Assembly (NCBI GenBank): GCA_050010695.1
Contig: JBEKKO010000007.1
Coordinates: 3,647 to 67,646, forward strand
Origin: Bryobacteraceae bacterium
Lineage (GTDB): Bacteria; Acidobacteriota; Terriglobia; Bryobacterales; Bryobacteraceae
Reading direction: 5' to 3'
DNA: 64,000 bases
How positions within the stretch are numbered: the first letter of the stretch is position 1; every line of letters starts with the position of its first letter. Shown here piece by piece: positions 56,311 to 64,000 of the stretch. The notes under the pieces were generated by a model. That model was not told the DNA's origin. It worked only from the letters and a program-made list of their open reading frames with translations, and made no database searches. The position numbers were made by a program, and so were the translations under genes.

Positions 56311-58752
56311 GTGCGAACCCTCATCCAGGATCTCCGATTCGGTTTCCGGATGGCCCTCCGGAGCCCCGGCTTCACCCTGATCGCGGTGCTGACGCTGGCC
56401 GCCGGCATCGCCGCCAATTCCACGGTTTTCAGTTGGATTGACGGCGTTCTCCTGCATCCGGTACCGGGTGTGGCCGACCCAGCCAGGGTGGTCGCGTTTG
56501 AAACCGTGGCGCCGAATGGCGACGCGCTGGCTACGTCGTACCCCGATTATCGGGATTACCGCGATCGCCTGAAGCTGATCAGCGGCCTGACAGGTGCCAC
56601 GATGTGTCCCTTCAGCATCGGCCAGGACGTGCACGCGGAGCACGTCTGGGGCGAGCTCGTCACTGGCAATTATTTTGCGGTGCTGGGCGTCAGGCCAATC
56701 CTGGGCAGGATGTTCACGCCCGATGAGTCTGGCGACGCGCAGGGCGCCCACCCCGTGCTGGTCATCAGCGAACGCCTTTGGAAGCGCCGCTTCAATGCCG
56801 ATCCCGGTGTGGTCGGTCAACTGCTGCGGGTGAACCGCCAACAGTTGACGATCGTGGGCGTGGCGCCAGCGTCCTTCCTCGGCTCCGTGCCCGGACTGAC
56901 GTTTGACATGTGGGCTCCGATTACGATGGGCGCGCAGCTCAAGGCGTTGCAGGAGTGGTCGCTCGAAGATCGCGGAACGCGGCAGATGATTGGCTTCGCG
57001 CGTCTGCTGCCGGGCGTCACCCTGGAGCAGGCGCGGTCTGAAATCCAATCCCAGGCGCGCCACCTGGCGGAAGCCGACCCGGAGCACAACCTTGGCATCA
57101 GCGCCACCGTGCTTCCCATCTGGAAAGCCCATTCCGGCGCCCAGACATCGTTACTGAGGCCGCTCATCCTCCTGATGGCCGTTTGCGGCGTGGTGCTGCT
57201 GATTGTTTGCTTTAACGTGGCCAACCTGCTGCTGGCCCGCTCGACGGCCCGCCAAAGAGAGTTCAGCGTGCGCATGGCGGTGGGCGCGGGCCGCGGACGC
57301 CTGGTGCGCCAGTTGCTCAGCGAAAACCTGGTGCTGGCCGTGCTGGGCGGGCTGATCGCGGTGCCCGTCACCTCGTGGTTCAGCCAGTCGCTGGGAAGCA
57401 TGGTGCCACCCTCCGGGCTTCCGATCACGCTCGACGTTCCTCTCAGCGGCGACGTGGTGGCCTTCACCTTTCTGCTGTGCCTGCTGGCGTGCGCCCTGTC
57501 CGGCATCGCACCCGCCTGGCACATGGCCCGCGCCAATCTCAACGAATCTCTAAAAGAAGGCGGCCGCGGCGGATCGGGCGGCGCCAGCTCGCACCATATG
57601 CAGAGGCTGCTGGTAGTTTCCCAAGTCGCCCTGGCGCTGGTCGCCATCATCAGTGCGGGTTTGTTCGCCCGCAGTTTCCAGGCTGCCCGCCAGATTAACC
57701 CAGGCTTCGATCCCAGCCACGTGCTGGTTGCGCACCTGTCCCTGAATGGGTACACGGTCCCGGAGCGAAAGCTGTTTGTGGAACAACTGCGCGATCACGT
57801 CCTGTCGCAGCCGGGCATAACCGCCGTCACCTTTTCTCACACCGTTCCGCTGTCCTTTTCCGGCCAATGGTGGGAACCCTTGGAGATTCAAGGCTATGTG
57901 CCCGGCCCCAGTGAAAACATGAAGATCAACCGCAACGTGGTGGCCCCGGGCTATTTCGACATGCTGCGGATCCCGCTGGTGGAGGGGCGCGATTTCACCG
58001 ACCACGACGACGAAAAGTCCGCGCCGGTGATGATCGTCAGCCAGGCCTTTGCGCGGCACTTCTTCGGCAGCCGCTACCCGATCGGCCAGCATGTGCACGG
58101 ATGGGGCCGCTGGTTCGCTGTGGTGGGCGTAGCCAAGGACTGCAGGTACCAAAACCTGGATGAGAGGGTGAAGCCGTATTTTTATGTGCCCTTCCGCCAG
58201 GTCTACCGCGAGGACATGGGCATCCGCCTCTATGCGAGGACCGCCGGGGACCCGCAGCAGGCGGTGGAACCGGTGCGCCGCGCGGTGCGCTCGCTCGATC
58301 CCGACGCAGGCGTCTTCGACTCCATGCCGATGGAAGAAAACATCAACGCCGCGTTGTTCACCGAAAAACTGGCGGCCACCATGCTGGCCGTGCTGGGCGG
58401 CTTGGCGCTGCTGCTGGCGGCGCTCGGGTTGTACGGAGTGATGGCCTACGCGGTCGCCGAACGCCGCCATGAAATCGGCATCCGCATCGCCCTCGGTGCA
58501 CGCCCCGGCGATGTGGTCGGCATGGTGGTCAGGCAGGGCATGGCGCTCACCGCGATCGGTCTTGCCGCCGGTTTGGTGGCCGCCGTCGCCGTGACGCGGC
58601 TGGTTGCCGCGGCGCTGGTGCAGGTCAGCGCCACCGACCCGCTGGTTTTTCTGGGCGCGCTCCTGTTCCTGGCCGCGGTCGCCGCCCTGGCCAGCTATCT
58701 GCCTGCCCGCCTCGCCGCCGGCATCGACCCCAACCAGGCGCTGCGGTCATGA
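56311..58752 (+). CDS. ADOP-type duplicated FtsX/MacB-like ABC permease
   Basis: 813 aa. N-terminus MRTLIQDLRFGFRMALRSPGFTLIAVLTLAAGIAANS and two MacB_PCD-plus-FtsX modules, the architecture of acidobacterial duplicated orphan permeases. No ATPase gene adjacent. Confidence 0.88.
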   Translation: MRTLIQDLRFGFRMALRSPGFTLIAVLTLAAGIAANSTVFSWIDGVLLHPVPGVADPARVVAFETVAPNGDALATSYPDYRDYRDRLKLISGLTGATMCPFSIGQDVHAEHVWGELVTGNYFAVLGVRPILGRMFTPDESGDAQGAHPVLVISERLWKRRFNADPGVVGQLLRVNRQQLTIVGVAPASFLGSVPGLTFDMWAPITMGAQLKALQEWSLEDRGTRQMIGFARLLPGVTLEQARSEIQSQARHLAEADPEHNLGISATVLPIWKAHSGAQTSLLRPLILLMAVCGVVLLIVCFNVANLLLARSTARQREFSVRMAVGAGRGRLVRQLLSENLVLAVLGGLIAVPVTSWFSQSLGSMVPPSGLPITLDVPLSGDVVAFTFLLCLLACALSGIAPAWHMARANLNESLKEGGRGGSGGASSHHMQRLLVVSQVALALVAIISAGLFARSFQAARQINPGFDPSHVLVAHLSLNGYTVPERKLFVEQLRDHVLSQPGITAVTFSHTVPLSFSGQWWEPLEIQGYVPGPSENMKINRNVVAPGYFDMLRIPLVEGRDFTDHDDEKSAPVMIVSQAFARHFFGSRYPIGQHVHGWGRWFAVVGVAKDCRYQNLDERVKPYFYVPFRQVYREDMGIRLYARTAGDPQQAVEPVRRAVRSLDPDAGVFDSMPMEENINAALFTEKLAATMLAVLGGLALLLAALGLYGVMAYAVAERRHEIGIRIALGARPGDVVGMVVRQGMALTAIGLAAGLVAAVAVTRLVAAALVQVSATDPLVFLGALLFLAAVAALASYLPARLAAGIDPNQALRS

Positions 58753-58767
58753 CGCGAAGCCAAGGCT

Positions 58768-58998
58768 TTGATATACTCCTTTCGTAGGCTTATGTATCAG
58801 CCAATGCCCACTATGTTGACATCGAGAGCATTTCGCACGAGCTATGCTCTCCTCTGTGCGCTCTACGGAGCCTTCAACGTCTACGGGGCCATTGCGAGCG
58901 GGCCCCGCACGCCACACGTTGCTCTGGGACTGTTTTGGCTGATTCTCGGCGTCCTCTTGGGCATCGGCCTGCTCCCGCGCAAGAAGATCCGGCCTTAA
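58768..58998 (+). CDS. Small membrane protein (hypothetical)
   Basis: 76-aa ORF with two hydrophobic segments. Start uncertain, no homology recognised. Confidence 0.3.
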   Translation: MIYSFRRLMYQPMPTMLTSRAFRTSYALLCALYGAFNVYGAIASGPRTPHVALGLFWLILGVLLGIGLLPRKKIRP

Positions 58999-59037
58999 GC
59001 TGCCGTGTTCCGGCGAGTCCCTGCCCTGCAGCGGCCC

Positions 59038-59793
59038 CTACGTCCCCGTCACAATTCCGCCATCCACGCTGAGCACCACGCCGGTGACGAAGGACGCCGC
59101 GTCCGAGGCCAGCCACAAGTACGCGTTGGCGATATCCTCGGGTTGTCCCATGCGGCCCAGCGGCGTGTGCGCGCGCAAACCCTCCCGTGCCTTCTCCGGG
59201 ACGGCCTTCATCATGTCGGTGTCGATGATACCCGGAGCCACGGCGTTGACGCGAATCCCATACCGGCCGAACTCCCGCGCCCACACGCGCGTCATCCCAA
59301 TCACGCCGGCCTTGCTGGCGACGTAATTGGTCTGCCCGAAATTGCCGTACAATCCGACCACGCTCGAGGCGTTCAGAATCACCCCACCCGCGCCCGCCTG
59401 GATCATGCGCGTGGCGACCGCCCGAGTAGCCACGAACACGCCCCGCAGGTTCACCGCAATCACCGCGTCGAACTGCTCGTCGCTCATCAAGCCAACGATG
59501 GCGCCTTCCTTGAACTTGACGATCTGCCCGTCGCGCAGAATGCCCGCATTGTTGACCAGCGCGTACACGGGTCCTAGCACGCGCAGGGTTTCCTCGAGCG
59601 CTCTCTCGACCGAATCCGCGCCGGTGACATCCACCTTCCGAAAGATGCCGCCCGCTTCCGGTTCCGCCTCCTTCACGTCCCAGGAAGCCACCTTGCAGCC
59701 TTCCTGAGCGAAGCGCCGCGCGGTGGCCTTGCCGATGCCCGCCGCAGCGCCGGTGACGATGACGACCTTGCCTGCCAGTCCCGTCTCGATCAT
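59038..59793 (-). CDS. SDR family oxidoreductase (FabG-like)
   Basis: TGAAAGIGKA cofactor motif, NAG, YVASKAG catalytic motif. Start at the ATG at 59793; the longer track ORF is an upstream extension. Confidence 0.88.
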   Translation of the reverse strand: MIETGLAGKVVIVTGAAAGIGKATARRFAQEGCKVASWDVKEAEPEAGGIFRKVDVTGADSVERALEETLRVLGPVYALVNNAGILRDGQIVKFKEGAIVGLMSDEQFDAVIAVNLRGVFVATRAVATRMIQAGAGGVILNASSVVGLYGNFGQTNYVASKAGVIGMTRVWAREFGRYGIRVNAVAPGIIDTDMMKAVPEKAREGLRAHTPLGRMGQPEDIANAYLWLASDAASFVTGVVLSVDGGIVTGT

Positions 59794-59803
59794 GACATCC
59801 CCA

Positions 59804-61090
59804 TTATCGCCGGACCGGCGCACTATGTTCGAAACTCTCGCCGCCCGCATCCCAGTCGACCGGGCGGATGGGGCCGACGCCGATGACATAGCAGGCGGCT
59901 CCGCACAGGGCGACGGCGGCGGCGACCAGGAAAGCCAGGTAGAACTCGCCGGTGCGCTGGACGATCCAGCCGGTGAACCAGGGCGCGGCCACGCCGGACA
60001 GATTGCCGAATCCGTTTTGGAAGCTGGTCCACTTGCCCGCCGCGCGCGGACCGGCGAGCGTCTGCGTGATGGCGTAAATGTTCGAGCTGAACAGGCCGTA
60101 GCCCGCGCAAGTGAACATGAGCAGCGCCATGGCGGCGGTTTCATTGCGGATGACGGCCACCGGCAGAATCAGGGTGGAAAGCGTGAGTCCCAAGCCGGCG
60201 AAGGTCTTGCGCACGCGGTTCGGTGTGTGGCCGCGCGCGATCCAGACGTCCGACAGACGGCCGCAAATGACCGCCGAAATGGCAATCAACAAATAAGCCA
60301 TCGAGCCGACATAGGCCATTTTGGTTTTCGAGAAGTGCCGCTCCTTTTCCAGATACGGCGGCAGCCAGGTGAGCAGGAAATACCAGAAATAGTTGGCGCA
60401 GAAGAGCCCCAGCGCGGTGAACAGGGCCGGCCGGCGGCGGATGACGTCGAAGATGGAGGGCGCCGCGCGATCCTGTTCGGGAGCAGCCGTGGCGCGACCG
60501 CGCGGCATCCAAAGCAACCAGGGCGCCAACCAAACCAGGCTGGCCCCGCCGAGAGCCAGGAAGAACGCACGCCAGCCGTACTGCGCGATCAGCAGGCCGC
60601 CGAGCAAAGTGCCAAGCGCGGGACCGCACTTGGTGCCGGCATCGATCAGGGCGTTGGCCAGGCCGCGATGGTGTTCGGGATAGTGGTTCGCCAGGATGCG
60701 CGAATAGGACGGATAGGCGATGGATTCGCCGGCGCCGAGCACCAGGCGCAGCGCGAACACGACCGCGAAGGCGTGGGCGGCGCCGGTGATGGCGGTGGCG
60801 CCCGACCACAGGAAAAAGCCGGCGGCGAGAATCCAGCCGACGTTGAACCGGTCCACCAGCCAGCCGGAAAGGCCCAGCAACTGGCACGCGGCGTAAGTCC
60901 AAAAAAAAGCCGACAGCAGCAGGCCAAGCTGGTAGTTGGTGAAGCCGAGGTCGCGCTGGATGTTGGTGGCGCCGGCGGAGAGGTTGGCGCGATCGAAGTA
61001 ATTCAGAAAGCCGGAAATGACCAGCAGCGCGAGGATGCGCCACTCCTGGCGGGATAACGCGGTGCGCACCGGAGCCGGAACCACTGTCAC
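59804..61090 (-). CDS. MFS transporter
   Basis: 428 aa, 12 predicted TM segments. MFS loop motif (GWLVDRFN). Confidence 0.85.
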   Translation of the reverse strand: MTVVPAPVRTALSRQEWRILALLVISGFLNYFDRANLSAGATNIQRDLGFTNYQLGLLLSAFFWTYAACQLLGLSGWLVDRFNVGWILAAGFFLWSGATAITGAAHAFAVVFALRLVLGAGESIAYPSYSRILANHYPEHHRGLANALIDAGTKCGPALGTLLGGLLIAQYGWRAFFLALGGASLVWLAPWLLWMPRGRATAAPEQDRAAPSIFDVIRRRPALFTALGLFCANYFWYFLLTWLPPYLEKERHFSKTKMAYVGSMAYLLIAISAVICGRLSDVWIARGHTPNRVRKTFAGLGLTLSTLILPVAVIRNETAAMALLMFTCAGYGLFSSNIYAITQTLAGPRAAGKWTSFQNGFGNLSGVAAPWFTGWIVQRTGEFYLAFLVAAAVALCGAACYVIGVGPIRPVDWDAGGESFEHSAPVRR

Positions 61091-61136
61091 AGGAGGCTAT
61101 TCTAACCTGGATAGGGCATTGACATGCGGTTTCCCG

Positions 61137-61376
61137 TCAATGAACTTCCGTCCCATGGGGCACCATCCCCGGTGTGAGAAATGTCTTGGGCACTTCGCCC
61201 TCGCCCGCCAGGGGGAATTTTGGAAACTGCTTGTACCATTTTCCCTGTGGCACCTCGGGATTGGAGTTCAACCAATCCTGCAATGCATCGAAATCGTCAA
61301 CCGAAATCCGGCCTTCACGAAAGCGATCGACGAGATGTTTCATGAAGTACGGCGGCGGTCTCTTAATTCTCGGCAT
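61137..61376 (-). CDS. Small hypothetical protein
   Basis: 79 aa. 14-nt overlap with the upstream small gene. Composition is not antisense-like. Confidence 0.45.
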   Translation of the reverse strand: MPRIKRPPPYFMKHLVDRFREGRISVDDFDALQDWLNSNPEVPQGKWYKQFPKFPLAGEGEVPKTFLTPGMVPHGTEVH

Positions 61377-61689
61377 TCTGGTACTGTCGGTGGAACACGA
61401 TCCTTTGAAGCTCTTGGGTCAGGCGACGGAGTTCGGTTTCGTCCTTGGCATCCTTGATGCGCTTCAAGCAGAGGTGAAGAGCCTTTCTTGAGGTGTCGAG
61501 TACAGACGTAGCGGGTGTGTGGTTGCCGCCCGTTTTAGCTTTCAGCCATCGTGCCTGAACGGCTTTTCGGGCGCTTTCGCTGCGCTGTTCGGGAGTGAGT
61601 TTGGCGGCTCTGGCGGGACCACCCTTCTTACCGCCTCTCCGCCCCAGCGCGACAGCGGCGGGATTCTTCCTCTTTGCGTTTACAGCCAT
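61363..61689 (-). CDS. Small basic hypothetical protein
   Basis: 108 aa. N-terminal GRRGGKKGGPARAAKLTPEQRSESARKAVQARW basic motif, then a helical tail. Confidence 0.45.
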   Translation of the reverse strand: MAVNAKRKNPAAVALGRRGGKKGGPARAAKLTPEQRSESARKAVQARWLKAKTGGNHTPATSVLDTSRKALHLCLKRIKDAKDETELRRLTQELQRIVFHRQYQNAEN

Positions 61690-61794
61690 GTTCGCATTAT
61701 ACGTGAGCGCTCAAGAGCTGGCAATTACCGGAGCGCTACCGGAGCGCTCCCGTACAAGCGCAGCCTCCGCCGATCACGATAGAATGGGCGCTCA

Positions 61795-63129
61795 ATGCCG
61801 GCCAATGGCACATACCTGGTCCTGCTCACGGCGGCTTCCATCGGGCTGCTGCTGTTTCTGATTCTGGGCGCCAAGCTGCACGCGTTTCTGGCGCTGCTGA
61901 TTTCGAGCATGGCGCTCGGCCTGGCGGCGGGCATGCCGCCGGAAAAAGTGCTCAAATCCATCCAGAGCGGCTTCGGCGATTCGCTCGGGTTCATCGCGGT
62001 AGTGGTGGGGCTGGGCGCGATGATCGGCCGCTACCTGGAGGTCTCGGGCGGCGGCGTGGCGCTGGCCGACTGGCTGCTCGGGCGTTTCGGGCGCGAGCGC
62101 GCGGCGTGGGCCATCCTGGTGGCGGCGTTTCTGGTTGGACTGCCGATCTTCTTCGAGGTGGGCTTCATCATTCTGGTGCCGCTGGTGTGGAACCTGGCGC
62201 GCGAGACCAAGCGGTCGCTGCTGTTCTACGGCCTGCCAATGGCGGCGGCGCTCACCATCGCGCACTCGCTGGTGCCGCCGCATCCGGCGCCGGCGGCCGC
62301 GGCGCAACTGATGGGAGCCGATATAGGCCGAACGATCCTCTTGGGGCTCGCCATCTCGATCCCGGTAGCGGTGGTGTCGGGCATATTCTACGGCCAATGG
62401 ATCGCCAAGCGCATCAACGTGGGCGTGCCGGAGATCGCTTCGGCGGCGCCGCCAACCGAAAAAGGAAACGCGCCGCCGGTGTGGATGGTGATCCTGCTGT
62501 TGCTGCTGCCGGTGGGGCTGATCTTCGGCGCCGCGCTGGCCACCATGGTCAACGTGCCGCTCCGCGGCGTGGCGGTGTTTCTGGGACATCCGTTCACCGC
62601 GCTGACGATTGCCGCGCTGGCGTCGCTCTACCTGTTCGGACTGCGGCGCGGCGTTTCGCGCGAGCGGGCGATGAAGATGGCGGCCGACTCGCTGGCGCCG
62701 ATGGGCGCGCTGTTGTGCATCATGGGCGGCGGCGGCGCGTTCAAACAGGTGATCGTCGATTCGGGCGTGGGCGCGGTGGCGGGAAGGCTGCTGGTGACGT
62801 CCTCCGTGTCTCCGCTGCTGGTGGTGTTCGCGATCGCGATGGCGCTGCGAGTGGCGATGGGCTCGGCCACCGTCGGCATCATCAGCGCGGCCGGCATCGT
62901 GGCGCCGATCGTCAAGGGCATTCCCGGCTACAGCCCGGAGATCATCGTGCTCGCGCTGTGCTGCGGCGGCTCGGGCCCATCGCACGTCAACGATTCCGGC
63001 TTCTGGCTGGTGAATCAATACTTCGGAATGACGGTGCCGCAGACCCTCCGCTCCTGGACCGCGATGAAGATGATCGGCGCGTTCACGGGCATCCTGATCG
63101 TGCTGGCCGCGCACGCGCTGCTACGGTAA
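61795..63129 (+). CDS. GntP family (gluconate:H+) permease
   Basis: 444 aa, polytopic. GntP-type N-terminus (LLLFLILGAKLHAFLALLISS) and C-terminal SHVNDSGFWLV motif. Confidence 0.88.
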   Translation: MPANGTYLVLLTAASIGLLLFLILGAKLHAFLALLISSMALGLAAGMPPEKVLKSIQSGFGDSLGFIAVVVGLGAMIGRYLEVSGGGVALADWLLGRFGRERAAWAILVAAFLVGLPIFFEVGFIILVPLVWNLARETKRSLLFYGLPMAAALTIAHSLVPPHPAPAAAAQLMGADIGRTILLGLAISIPVAVVSGIFYGQWIAKRINVGVPEIASAAPPTEKGNAPPVWMVILLLLLPVGLIFGAALATMVNVPLRGVAVFLGHPFTALTIAALASLYLFGLRRGVSRERAMKMAADSLAPMGALLCIMGGGGAFKQVIVDSGVGAVAGRLLVTSSVSPLLVVFAIAMALRVAMGSATVGIISAAGIVAPIVKGIPGYSPEIIVLALCCGGSGPSHVNDSGFWLVNQYFGMTVPQTLRSWTAMKMIGAFTGILIVLAAHALLR

Positions 63130-63151
63130 ACGAAAGTCTATACTGGTTCCT

Positions 63152-63658
63152 ATGCCAATTCCGATTCAAGGCGTGGACCCCACGCAAAACGAGTTTCTGG
63201 CCAGCCTGGAGGCCAAGTCGAAGAAGCCCAACGCGTTCTTCCGCATCATGGCGCACCGGCCGGAAGCGCTGAAGAATTTCGTGTTCCTGTACGCCGCGAT
63301 CATGGGCCGGGGCCCGGTGGAGCAGCGAGTGAAAGAGCTGGTCTACCTGACCTGCTCCTATGCCAACCAGTGCGCCTTCTGCACGGCGGCGCACACGGCG
63401 AGCGCGCCCAAGGCCGGCATCACCGCCGACGAGATACGAGCGCTCCAGGCCGGCGAGGAGCAGCCGTTTACCGCGGCCGAGCGCGCGGCGGTTGCGTATG
63501 CGCGCGACTTGACGCGCGCGGCGAAGGCCGCGGAATCGCGCGAAGCATTGTTCGCGCATTTCACTCAGGAGCAGGTGGTCGAGATCACGCTGGTGGCGGC
63601 GATGGCCAACTTCACCAACCGGTTCAACAACGGCTTGCGGATTCTGCCGGAAGCCTGA
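63152..63658 (+). CDS. Carboxymuconolactone decarboxylase/AhpD-like family protein
   Basis: CxxC-containing AhpD core (YANQCAFCTAAH). Confidence 0.8.
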   Translation: MPIPIQGVDPTQNEFLASLEAKSKKPNAFFRIMAHRPEALKNFVFLYAAIMGRGPVEQRVKELVYLTCSYANQCAFCTAAHTASAPKAGITADEIRALQAGEEQPFTAAERAAVAYARDLTRAAKAAESREALFAHFTQEQVVEITLVAAMANFTNRFNNGLRILPEA

Positions 63659-64000
63659 TGCCGATTTTAAGCGGAATTCATCCAGTGGCCGAAGCGCTAC
63701 GCGCCAAACATCCGCTGGAGCGGCTGCTGGTGGCGCAGGGCGCGGGCGGCCCGCGTTTGCAGGAGCTGATCGACATGGCGCGGCGCGTGGGCGTGCCGGT
63801 GCGTTTCGAGCCGCGGCCGGCGCTCGACCGGTTGGCAGGCAGCACGGCGCACCAGGGCGTGATCGCGATGGGCGCGGCGCGCCAATATGCCGAGCTCGAA
63901 CAAGTGGCGCGGGCCGAGTTGCTGGTGGTGCTCGATGGCGTCGAGGATCCGCACAACCTGGGGGCGGTGATCCGCACGGCGCACGCGGCGGGCGCGGGCG
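63658..64000 (+). CDS. rlmB: TrmH/SpoU-family RNA 2'-O-methyltransferase, RlmB-like (C-terminus beyond the window)
   Basis: ATG at 63658 overlaps the preceding TGA. Translation MPILSGIHPVAEALRAKHPLERLLVAQG ... LVVLDGVEDPHNLGAVIRTAHAAGA carries SpoU motif 1. Frame is open to the window end, so it is missing from the ORF track. Confidence 0.8.
   Translation, partial: MPILSGIHPVAEALRAKHPLERLLVAQGAGGPRLQELIDMARRVGVPVRFEPRPALDRLAGSTAHQGVIAMGAARQYAELEQVARAELLVVLDGVEDPHNLGAVIRTAHAAGAG

Overview
High-GC chromosomal segment with an acidobacterial look: an ADOP-type duplicated FtsX permease, a PEP-CTERM/exosortase/EpsI set, a tonB-exbB-exbD-exbD-TPR train, and cytochrome b fused to a dihaem cytochrome c. 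About 65 protein genes can be supported. I recognised no rRNA, tRNA, CRISPR array, transposase or integrase. The only mobile-type module is an RHH/MazF toxin-antitoxin pair.

Housekeeping blocks are dnaX-ybaB-recR, tgt-yajC-secD-secF, argC-argB-GNAT, Rieske/cyt b-c, and a LuxR regulator followed by GH39 and an acetylxylan esterase. Assorted transporters and enzymes fill the rest.

The best candidate for something new is an 11.6 kb single-strand gene train (38296-49877, minus strand). A canonical Tad/Flp core (flp, cpaB, cpaC, cpaE, cpaF, tadB, tadC) is headed by a canonical PilZ c-di-GMP receptor and a large GT-C-like membrane protein that ends 26 nt before the pilin gene. It is trailed by two paralogous 29-codon membrane mini-ORFs (below the ORF-track cutoff), an alpha-toroid repeat protein and a Tat-signal DUF362 protein. 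The usual prepilin peptidase, pseudopilins and pilotin are absent.

Other observations:
- A second, orphan Flp paralogue with a variant cleavage site, followed by an unknown secreted protein.
- Perfect CTTG/CAAG-armed palindromes upstream of both pilin genes.
- A 14-nt motif shared by two AT-rich promoter regions (the PEP-CTERM gene and the LuxR regulator).
- An 89-nt two-hairpin repeat with compensatory substitutions.
- A haem-c DUF3365-HAMP protein with no output domain, next to the bc complex.
- A five-gene envelope operon of unknown function.

Many long ORFs in the track are antisense artefacts of the high GC content and were rejected. All family assignments come from reading motifs in the translations. 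No database search was run.
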